Translations under genes and position numbers: made by a program | The notes under the pieces: generated by a model | The model's database searches: none | The model's input: only the letters and a program-made list of their open reading frames with translations | Told to the model about the DNA's origin: nothing | In this document: piece after piece, positions 27,679 to 35,580 of the stretch | Numbering within the stretch: position 1 is the first letter of the stretch | Layout of the letters: each line of letters starts with the position of its first letter | From: Acidobacteriota bacterium | Lineage (GTDB): Bacteria > Acidobacteriota > UBA6911 > RPQK01 > JAJDTT01 | Length of the DNA stretch: 64,000 nt | Direction: 5' to 3' | Assembly (NCBI GenBank): GCA_965263035.1 | Contig: OZ253580.1 | Location: 3,744,001 to 3,808,000 of the forward strand

Positions 27679-29601
27679 TCAGGGGGCTTTTGACGAGAGG
27701 CGCTGCTTCAGTTCAGCCACCTTTCGTTGAAGTCTTTGGAATTCCTCGTCGGTGGCCACGCGCACGCCCCGCTCGTAATACTGAAGTGCGGTCTCGAGTT
27801 GACCGAGCTCGATGTACAGATCTCCCAGATGATCGAAAATCGTCGGGTCCTCGATCAGCCGAGCCGCCCGTTTCAGATTGACCTCGGCCTCATCGAGGCG
27901 ATCCAGCTTGAAGTAGACCCATCCCAGGCTGTCCAGATAGGCTCCGTTGTACGGATCCATTTCCGTCGCTTTCCTGATGTAGGTCAACGCTTCGTGGAGA
28001 CGGATTCCCCGGTCCGCCCACATGTAGCCCAGATAGTTGAGGACGCCGGCGTGGTCCGGGTTGGACTCCAGAATCCTCTTGAATTCGGCTTCGGCATCGG
28101 GAAGTTTCTCCTGTCTTTCGTAGACGGACGCCAGCCGAAACTTGAGGGGTTGACTGTCCGGCTTGAGACCGAGTCCTTCCTTGATGGCTATTTCGGCTTT
28201 CCCGTAATTCTTGTGATCCATGTAGAGTTGGCTGATGATGCGGTAATACGTCTCGGGGTCCTGCTCATGGCTCAGCCTGCTTTGCACGAGTTGCACCCCT
28301 TCCGACAGCCGGTCGTTTTCCGAGAGCATCTGGGCCAGCGCCGCGAGGGCTTCCGGATCGCGCGGATGGTCCTGGAGCAACTCCCCCGCCAGGGAAAGTG
28401 CCTCATCCAGCTTTCCCGCATCCTTCAAGGTGTAGATGAGCATGGCCTTGTGACGGGGATCGCCGGGACGACCCGCCAGCAACTCACGAAAAAGCCGGAG
28501 GGCATCCTCGTATTGGCGTGATTCCTGGTAGACGTGGGCCAGAGTGGTCTGAACCTGTTCTCGAAACTCCCACTCTTCCTGCGAACTCGGGTTGTCCAGA
28601 TCGGCAAGAAGGAGCTGCAACCGCCCGATGGCGCTGTCCCGCTCACCTCGAACGGCCTCGAGTCGAGCCAACTCCAGGTTCGCCTGCATCTGCTTCGGAT
28701 TGTTTTCCAGGATCCTGCTGAACAACTCCGTGGCCTCTTCGTACTTGCGGGCCCGCATGAGTGCCCGGCCCAATTCAACCACCAACGCCGGATCCTGCGG
28801 ATTCTGCACCGTTCCCTTCCGCAGCAGATCGACAGCTTGGCCGTGACGGCCCTGTTGTCCCAAGAGCCTTCCAGTTTTTATCTGGAGTTCGGGGTCCGCC
28901 ACGAGCTGGGGGGCCGACAGATAAATCTCCACGGCCCGGTCCGGCCGTCCGGTCCGTTCGTACAGGTCTCCCAAGTCGCGAATGACTTCGTAATGATCCT
29001 TCTGGACGTTCAGCGCTTTTTCCAACGCCTGGATGGCCCCAACCGGGTCACCCAGCCGCTTCAGGGCCTGGGCATGTTGCAAGTAGGCCTCCACCAGACC
29101 CGGCCGCAACTCGACCAGACGCGCCAGGACGGCCGCCGCCTTCCGGTGCTCGCGCCGCCGCAAATGGAGATTCCCCAGCTGATAGAGAGCCTCGGCATGA
29201 TCTGGATCCAGCTCGATGACTCTGTTCAGTTCCACGATTGCCTTCTCCGACAGCCTGTTTTGACCGCCGTGGTAGTTGGAATAGAGCTGGCCCAGGAAGT
29301 AGTGGGCAGCGACGCTGTTCGGATCCTTCTCGATGGCCTGCTCGATCTCGCTGACGGCTCGGGAGACCTCGCCTGACCTGACCAGGGTGTGGGCGAATTC
29401 AATCCGGAGCTGGATGCTGTCCGGATCGAGTTCCAGCGCCTTCTCGAACTCGGTGATGGAGAGGCCGTAGTCCTTGTTGCCCGAGTGGAGCATACCCAGG
29501 GCGAAGTGATAGTAGGCTTGAGCCTGCCGGTTCGGCGGCGTCGGGACAGGTTCGACGGCCAAGACGGTTCCGAGAATGACTCCGAATACCAATCCGGTCA
29601 T
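27679..29601 (-). CDS. Exported TPR-repeat protein of the type found upstream of ispE
   Basis: Many TPR helices; C-terminal LNYLGY.WAD...AYLDSLGWVYF...HLGD; start is uncertain. Confidence 0.85.
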   Translation of the reverse strand: MTGLVFGVILGTVLAVEPVPTPPNRQAQAYYHFALGMLHSGNKDYGLSITEFEKALELDPDSIQLRIEFAHTLVRSGEVSRAVSEIEQAIEKDPNSVAAHYFLGQLYSNYHGGQNRLSEKAIVELNRVIELDPDHAEALYQLGNLHLRRREHRKAAAVLARLVELRPGLVEAYLQHAQALKRLGDPVGAIQALEKALNVQKDHYEVIRDLGDLYERTGRPDRAVEIYLSAPQLVADPELQIKTGRLLGQQGRHGQAVDLLRKGTVQNPQDPALVVELGRALMRARKYEEATELFSRILENNPKQMQANLELARLEAVRGERDSAIGRLQLLLADLDNPSSQEEWEFREQVQTTLAHVYQESRQYEDALRLFRELLAGRPGDPRHKAMLIYTLKDAGKLDEALSLAGELLQDHPRDPEALAALAQMLSENDRLSEGVQLVQSRLSHEQDPETYYRIISQLYMDHKNYGKAEIAIKEGLGLKPDSQPLKFRLASVYERQEKLPDAEAEFKRILESNPDHAGVLNYLGYMWADRGIRLHEALTYIRKATEMDPYNGAYLDSLGWVYFKLDRLDEAEVNLKRAARLIEDPTIFDHLGDLYIELGQLETALQYYERGVRVATDEEFQRLQRKVAELKQRLSSKAP

Positions 29602-29736
29602 AACGACTCGAGGGCTATTGGGAAGACAATTCAGGCCGATAGTACCCAACTCCGTGCGGGACGACAACCGTACGGGAGAGAAGTGAGAGCGAAGAGTGGA
29701 GAAGAAAGAATCGTAATCTGGGAAACTGTTTGGACG

Positions 29737-32649
29737 TCAATCGATGACCTGCGGAGGGATGATCGATATCTTTTCTAAATCTTCCGTAAAGATGAGCTCC
29801 ATCACCACGATCGGTTGGTCGGACGACACGGCGATGGAGCCGCCGATGGTCGCCGGAAGACCGGGAAAGATCTCGTGAGCCATCCCGATTTGGCGGTGGC
29901 CGTTGGCCAAGGTCAGGGTCCTTTCCTCTACCAACGGGTTTCCACCAGTGGAGCGGACCGTCAGCTTCACTGTTGCCGTCGGGCCGGGTCCGGGATAGAG
30001 AAACGCCAGACCGGTCCTGTACTTCTCGACTCCTCCGTGGGCAAGGTAGGGTAGAAGATAATCCTTGGCCGGCGCCGGCACGGCCGGGGTGCTGAGCATG
30101 CCCTTTCCGGAAAAGAGTTGCAATTCGGCGCTGCCCACCAGCCCTGGTTGTGAGCCGTCGATCCGAATCCAGCCGGACACCAGACCTCCCGTGTCCACGA
30201 GGTTCGGAAAGACGGAGGCCATTTCCATGCGCAGGCCCTCTCCGGGAGCCAGCTCCAGCACCGGCGAAACCTCCACCGATTCCCCTTCGTTGTCCATCAG
30301 GGTGAGTTGGACCGTCATCTCTTCAGTGCCCTGGTGCACCAGGTTGACGTGGGTCTGGCTGCCTCCGAAGGTCACCGCCTGCGGCAGGTAGAGAGTCTCG
30401 GCCAGGACGACTCCTGGGGCTTCCACCACCAATCCGTCCGCCATGGCCATGCGCTCCTCATCGTACCAACGCTGGTAGGCCATGATCCCCTGCTCGCTCT
30501 CCACCGTGATGTAGGAGCCGTCGTAGCCGTTACTGGCCAAGGGCCGGCAGGTCGCCTGTTCAGGGTCTTCACAAGCGGCCAGACTGTCATCGGCGCATGG
30601 CTGCCCGTTGTCCGAGCAGGTCCCGCGCTGACAGAAGAAGTCGTCCAAGAAGATCCCGCCGGTGGTAAAGCATTCGAAGGCGAGTCCTTGAAAGAAACCG
30701 ATCTCTTCTCCCAGAGGTCCCCGCACCACCAGGCCCCCGAGTGTGTCCCGAGTCTCTTCGAGAACCAGGTCTCCCTCGGCCGTGTAGAGCCCCACGGAGA
30801 TCTCCGTGTTGTTGGAGTTGGGATTGAGAACGTAGAGTTCCGTAGTGAAGCCGTCCTTGACCCTGACTTCGGGAAGGACGACTTTTTGCGCCGTCGTGGA
30901 GTACAAGGAGCCTGCATCCAGACGGCGCTGTTCCCCGCGATCCCCGACCCTGAGGAACCCCTGGGCCCGGGCTTGGTCATCGTCCAGCAGCATCCACCCT
31001 TCCATGAACTGATTGCGGTCGGCGCTGACCACTTCCCGAACCGTGGTGGCCAACTGTCCCCCGGGAACGATGGTCAGATTGGTGGGATTCTCTCCAAACT
31101 CCACGATGTCTTCCGTATCGTTCAAATCCTGAAATCGGATCCCCCCCACGTTGACTCCCCGGGCCATGATGTCGCTGGTCCGGGAAGAGAGGTTGGTCAG
31201 GTGCACCGCGGTAAACCATTCCTGGGAGCTCAACAGGTAGGGAAGGAACAGCCGGCGGCTGGGGCGCAACAGTTCGATGGTGCCGAGGTTGAAGTTCACC
31301 GCGGTGATGGCTTCTCCGTCGGGACTCACGGCCACGTCCAAAGGCGCCCCGGGAACTTGCGGCCGGAGGTCCTCGCTGGCGCCCCGCAACTTCTGTCCCA
31401 CCAATATGGGTTGCAGGAGCTCACCCGTATTCAGCTTGAATTGCAGGAGGACGTCGTCCATGGGAGCGCCCAGCATCATGGTGTTTCCGTCCAGGAAGAC
31501 CGGACGGCCGGAGTCGCGAAAATCGGAGGTCCGGGGCTGGAAGGTGACGACTTCCAGGGCGTCCGCATCGATGGACCCGCTCTCATCGGGGACGGGTATC
31601 GGGACCAGTTCCACGTTCAGATTGCTCAGCACCAGGAACCACTTGCCATCCGGCGTCGGCACGATTTCCACGGGAACGCCGCCCACGTCGAAAATCTTCA
31701 CCACCTGTCCCGTCTGGATGTCGAACAGCGTGGCCCGATCCGTGCCCAACGCGGAGAGGGTCTGCAGGGCCCCCAGTTGCCGGTCCGCCACCAGCCCGTA
31801 CCGGCCGTCCCGAGAGATGGCGGCTCCCGCACCCACCTCGAAATCATGGGGGGGCGCTACCTGTTCCGGATCCGGAATGATGGTCGCCACCGGAGAGAAG
31901 GAAGCGGTGTCCACAATGGTAATGGCGTCCCTTTCTTCCGCGGGCATCAGCAGGGTCGACCCGACCGTGATGACGAAGAACCGGCTCCCATCGGGAGTCA
32001 TGCGAAGGGTCGTGGGACGAGTTCCGCCCGGCATCTGGAGCCTGGGTTCCACTTCCTGGAGCGTAGTCGTGTCGAAGCGCAGGATCTCGTCGGTCCCGGA
32101 CGAGGCCACGATGCCCATGCCCCCGTCTCCCGAGAAAACCATGTTGTTGGCGACGGAGAAGAAAGCCTCCATGGCCAGGATCTGGACCTCCAAGGTGTCC
32201 ACGTCGATGGCCGCGATCGCTCCCTGAACCGGCTGCGTCTCTGCCTGGGAGGCGTCGGCCCTGAAGGCGTCGGCCCTGCCATTCTCGTTGATGAACGCGC
32301 ACAAGACCGCGACCCGGTTCCCGCCGGGCATGAGGGCGATGTGGCCCGGGCTCTCGGGAACGTCCACGATGCCCAGAATCTCGCCGGTCTTGGGATTGAA
32401 GGCCAGGACCTTGTCCGAGAAGGTGTAGCTGACGAAGGCCTTGCTCGAGTCGGGAGTGAAAACCACATTGGGAGAGAAATTGAGATCGCGCTGGTTGGGC
32501 CCGAGTATGAGGGGCACCTCGTTGGGATCCATATGCAGCTCGTCCTCGGGCTGGCTGGGATCCAACGTCATGAATACGCGCTGGCCCCGGAGTGCCGATC
32601 CCCCCAGGCTCAGGAAGACGAACAGAAGAATCACAAGCTGGCGGCGCAT
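29737..32649 (-). CDS. Secreted YVTN/YncE-like beta-propeller protein with repeated C-terminal beta modules
   Basis: Signal peptide MRRQLVILLFVFLSLGG; F/TPDG-type blades; about four (L)P....T...L.N modules. Confidence 0.65.
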   Translation of the reverse strand: MRRQLVILLFVFLSLGGSALRGQRVFMTLDPSQPEDELHMDPNEVPLILGPNQRDLNFSPNVVFTPDSSKAFVSYTFSDKVLAFNPKTGEILGIVDVPESPGHIALMPGGNRVAVLCAFINENGRADAFRADASQAETQPVQGAIAAIDVDTLEVQILAMEAFFSVANNMVFSGDGGMGIVASSGTDEILRFDTTTLQEVEPRLQMPGGTRPTTLRMTPDGSRFFVITVGSTLLMPAEERDAITIVDTASFSPVATIIPDPEQVAPPHDFEVGAGAAISRDGRYGLVADRQLGALQTLSALGTDRATLFDIQTGQVVKIFDVGGVPVEIVPTPDGKWFLVLSNLNVELVPIPVPDESGSIDADALEVVTFQPRTSDFRDSGRPVFLDGNTMMLGAPMDDVLLQFKLNTGELLQPILVGQKLRGASEDLRPQVPGAPLDVAVSPDGEAITAVNFNLGTIELLRPSRRLFLPYLLSSQEWFTAVHLTNLSSRTSDIMARGVNVGGIRFQDLNDTEDIVEFGENPTNLTIVPGGQLATTVREVVSADRNQFMEGWMLLDDDQARAQGFLRVGDRGEQRRLDAGSLYSTTAQKVVLPEVRVKDGFTTELYVLNPNSNNTEISVGLYTAEGDLVLEETRDTLGGLVVRGPLGEEIGFFQGLAFECFTTGGIFLDDFFCQRGTCSDNGQPCADDSLAACEDPEQATCRPLASNGYDGSYITVESEQGIMAYQRWYDEERMAMADGLVVEAPGVVLAETLYLPQAVTFGGSQTHVNLVHQGTEEMTVQLTLMDNEGESVEVSPVLELAPGEGLRMEMASVFPNLVDTGGLVSGWIRIDGSQPGLVGSAELQLFSGKGMLSTPAVPAPAKDYLLPYLAHGGVEKYRTGLAFLYPGPGPTATVKLTVRSTGGNPLVEERTLTLANGHRQIGMAHEIFPGLPATIGGSIAVSSDQPIVVMELIFTEDLEKISIIPPQVID

Positions 32650-32705
32650 CACTGGACCATCATGATATTCTGGCCGGAACCGGCCGTTCAATCCATAGAC
32701 CCGAC

Positions 32706-33092
32706 TCAAGTCGAGCGATCTCCCGGCCGGGGGTGGAGCACTCGGAATTCCAGACTTCGAACCAGGGACCGGTTCCAGAACCCGTTGACCTTCGATATCA
32801 GAGCGGGAGTCATTCCCCGGAGCACCCCCTCCCATTCGGAGCCGGGTACGCCGACCTCCAGGACGCGGCCGCGGAGACGCAGAGGATCGGTCGCTGCGGC
32901 CAATCGTGCCCCAACGATCCGAGGCCAGAACTCACGCAAGAAGATCACGGCCACCTTCTCGTCCCGGACGATATCCTGCAGCCAGGGCAGAAAGAGAGAT
33001 CCGACCGTTCTCATCGGCGCCGGCCGCGTGCCCCCAGTCGGAAGCGGCGCCTCCTGGCTCGGGACTCGATTTCCCTGATCCGGTTGTCTCAT
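32706..33092 (-). CDS. DUF721/DciA family protein
   Basis: WPRIVGARLAAAT.P..L.G.VLEV.V....W...L. Start is 33092 or 33014. Confidence 0.7.
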   Translation of the reverse strand: MRQPDQGNRVPSQEAPLPTGGTRPAPMRTVGSLFLPWLQDIVRDEKVAVIFLREFWPRIVGARLAAATDPLRLRGRVLEVGVPGSEWEGVLRGMTPALISKVNGFWNRSLVRSLEFRVLHPRPGDRST

Positions 33093-33296
33093 GACCGCAT
33101 CAGTCTAGCAAAATGAACTCGCGCCATGCCCTGAATCTTTGCGGATCAACACCAGGCAGGGCCCGCCGCCGTCCCGCTCCTGGGCTGACCCTGTTCTGTC
33201 CCCGGCACCGGCTTCAAATGGGAGGGAGCTTCCGGATCCTCGACTTGACATTGGGCGGAAGCCTCCCTTACATATCGACCCGCGCCCCGTTGACAA

Positions 33297-33824
33297 GTGG
33301 AACACACTCTGGTTCTCAACGCTACCTACGAGCCTCTTCAGATCATCGGTTGGAAACGCGCCGTCCGCATGGTCTTCCAGGAGAAGGTCGAGGTGGTGGC
33401 CGAATATGATCGCGAGATCCGGAGTGTCTCGAACCGGATCCGGCTGCCCTCGGTCCTGCGTCTTCTTCACTACGTCAAGCTCCGGCACGGGTGTCAACGG
33501 ATCAGATTCAGCCGCGAAAATCTGTACGCTCGCGACAACTATCGTTGCCAGTATTGCGGCTCGAAGGCGCCTCTGAACCAGCTCACCTACGATCACGTGA
33601 TCCCCGTGGCCAAAGGGGGGATAAAGAGCTGGGAAAATATCGTCACCTGCTGTATCGAGTGCAACCGGAAGAAGGGGAATCGCTCTCCCGCCCAGGCCAA
33701 CCTGCGCCTGCTGAGAATCCCCAAGGCTCCCTCGGGTTTCCCCTACCGCGTCCGTCTCCTTTTCCGCCAGCCGGCCGTTCCCGAGAGTTGGAAGGATTAC
33801 ATCTTCTGGCCCGGGGGAACCTGA
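33297..33824 (+). CDS. HNH endonuclease (McrA-like, housekeeping type)
   Basis: LVLNATYEPL, RDNYRCQYCG, DHVIP..KGG..SWENIVTCC..CN.KK. Confidence 0.9.
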   Translation: MEHTLVLNATYEPLQIIGWKRAVRMVFQEKVEVVAEYDREIRSVSNRIRLPSVLRLLHYVKLRHGCQRIRFSRENLYARDNYRCQYCGSKAPLNQLTYDHVIPVAKGGIKSWENIVTCCIECNRKKGNRSPAQANLRLLRIPKAPSGFPYRVRLLFRQPAVPESWKDYIFWPGGT

Positions 33825-34519
33825 TGGACGGGTCTCTCGTGATCTTTTCCCGGTTTCCCCGATTGGGCCGGGTGAAGACCAGGCTGGAGCCGGTGCTGGG
33901 TCAGCGGGGCTGCCTGGAGCTCCACCGGGCGCTGCTTCTGGACACCATCGAGCGGACGCGTTTCCTGTGCCGCCGGCACTATCTGTATCTGAGCGACTCG
34001 ACCGCCCGGGAACGGGCCCGGTTCGCCGAAGCCTGCCGCCTGCCCGCGGATCTGATCATCCGCAGACAGACCGGAACCGACCTGGGGGAGAAATTGTGGG
34101 AGGCCTACCGGCAGGTCGTTGCGGAATCGAAGGAGACCTCCGTGGTCTTCCTGGGTGCAGACTCCCCTACGGTGCCGCGGAAATACATCCGCCAGGGCCT
34201 GGCTCAACTCGCGAGACGGCCCGTAGTCGTGGGACCGGCCGAGGACGGAGGGTACTATCTCATCGGTCTTTCCCAACCGAAACCGGAACTCTTCTCGAAT
34301 CTGGATTGGGGGACCGATAAGGTCCTGGAACAGACGCTTCAGAGGTTGCGCCTGGAACAATATACGTTGCTGCCCACCTGGTTTGACGTCGACGACGGCG
34401 ACGATCTGGCTCGGCTCCGCACGGAGGTCGAGGCAGAGCGTGCGAACGTCTTCCGGCACACGCGCCTTTGCCTGCGCCGGTTGGTTCACGATCCAGTTTT
34501 CCATCCGGTCTTCCAGTGA
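33824..34519 (+). CDS. DUF2064/TIGR04282-family glycosyltransferase
   Basis: PRLGRVKTRL, Q.G.DLGEK, GADSP, GPAEDGGYYLIG, DVD...DL; TGATG overlap with the HNH gene. Confidence 0.85.
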   Translation: MDGSLVIFSRFPRLGRVKTRLEPVLGQRGCLELHRALLLDTIERTRFLCRRHYLYLSDSTARERARFAEACRLPADLIIRRQTGTDLGEKLWEAYRQVVAESKETSVVFLGADSPTVPRKYIRQGLAQLARRPVVVGPAEDGGYYLIGLSQPKPELFSNLDWGTDKVLEQTLQRLRLEQYTLLPTWFDVDDGDDLARLRTEVEAERANVFRHTRLCLRRLVHDPVFHPVFQ

Positions 34520-34650
34520 CCCTTTCGACGGCGATTCACGTCTCAACAAGGTACGGTCGGATCGGGGTCGGTTGACCCGAAGCGGCCACCTTGACTAACA
34601 TTGCACCAGTTGTGCGTCCAAGGAGCGGGTGAAGGGGCTTTGAACCGGCG

Positions 34651-35490
34651 GTGAAGGATTTTCTGGAACGGCTGTTGGGTCTGAAGGTCCCCGAGGCCCA
34701 AATGGAGGGACCGCGGGACCCATATAACATCTATGAGTGGGATCTCGACGACCGGAGGCCGTTGGTCGTCGCCGCCATCCTGGCCATCCTCTTTCACGCC
34801 GTTCTCCTGCTGATGGTCTTCCCCTCGTTCGGCAGGACGGTCCTGATTCCGACCCAGCAGGTCCTGGTGCTCAAGAATCTGGCGAAGCCGGCGGCCCTGA
34901 CCGGGGGCGGCGACCTGCCCAAGGCGGCTCCGCCCAAGCCCAAGCCGGTGCGGCCGAAACCCAAGCCGGTTCTGGTTCCCATCCCGGATCCAACTCCCCG
35001 AGACCCCGAACCCATCCGCAAGGAGGAACTGGAAGATGTCCCCCAGGTCCTCAAGCAGATCGTCGCGGAATTGAACCTGGACGACATCCAGGCTCCGCCG
35101 GGTCGTCCGGGCCGGGGCGGTCAGGGTGAGAGCCGGGGCGTGGGAACGGGAACCGGACCGCTTGCCGGCTCGGGACCCGCGGCCGGAGACGGCAGCGGCA
35201 TCTATCGATATGGGAGCGGAGTCACCAACCCCGTCCCCATCGTTCAAACGACTCCCAGTTACACCGACGCCGCCATCAAAGCCAAGGTCCAGGGCGTGGT
35301 CTGGCTTCAGGCCATCATCCGGAAGGACGGCAACGTCGACAGCTTCAAGGTCATTCGGGGATTGGGCCACGGATTGGAAGAGCAGGCCATCCAGGAGATC
35401 GCCACCAACTGGCGCTTTCGACCCGGAATGCTCAACGGGAGTCCAGTGGACGTCCTGGCGACCATCGAAGTCCAGTTCAACCTGAGGTAG
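34651..35490 (+). CDS. tonB: Energy transducer TonB
   Basis: TM with S/H-like motif ILFHAV, Pro/Lys-rich and Gly-rich linker, PSYT..A..AKVQG.V...WRFRP C-terminal domain. Confidence 0.88.
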   Translation: MKDFLERLLGLKVPEAQMEGPRDPYNIYEWDLDDRRPLVVAAILAILFHAVLLLMVFPSFGRTVLIPTQQVLVLKNLAKPAALTGGGDLPKAAPPKPKPVRPKPKPVLVPIPDPTPRDPEPIRKEELEDVPQVLKQIVAELNLDDIQAPPGRPGRGGQGESRGVGTGTGPLAGSGPAAGDGSGIYRYGSGVTNPVPIVQTTPSYTDAAIKAKVQGVVWLQAIIRKDGNVDSFKVIRGLGHGLEEQAIQEIATNWRFRPGMLNGSPVDVLATIEVQFNLR

Positions 35491-35525
35491 ACGACGACTC
35501 CGGCGTCGTACATTACGTGAACAAC

Positions 35526-35549
35526 GGCAACCACAAGGGTTGCCCCTAC
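35526..35549 (-). repeat. GTAG-type REP-like palindrome
   Basis: Minus strand GTAGG-GGCAACC-CTTGT-GGTTGCC. Confidence 0.65.
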
Positions 35550-35580
35550 GCTACCGCATCCCGCTATAATTCCGGCTCTT

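Noticed and set aside
30307-33078. 923-aa plus-strand ORF and many other long antisense or alternate-frame ORFs (for example 4547-6334, 9792-11228, 22569-23990, 56512-58044)
   Set aside because: Shadow ORFs opposite well-supported genes, expected in GC-rich DNA; no recognisable motifs.
33297-33824. HNH nuclease as a defence or homing system
   Set aside because: It looks like the widespread stand-alone LVLN..YEPL type; there is no methylase, intron, array or other defence gene nearby.
35491-35580. T-box upstream of ileS (and TPP, preQ1 or glycine riboswitches at thiD, queE and the GcvT-like gene)
   Set aside because: Leaders are too short or absent, and no consensus motifs are seen.
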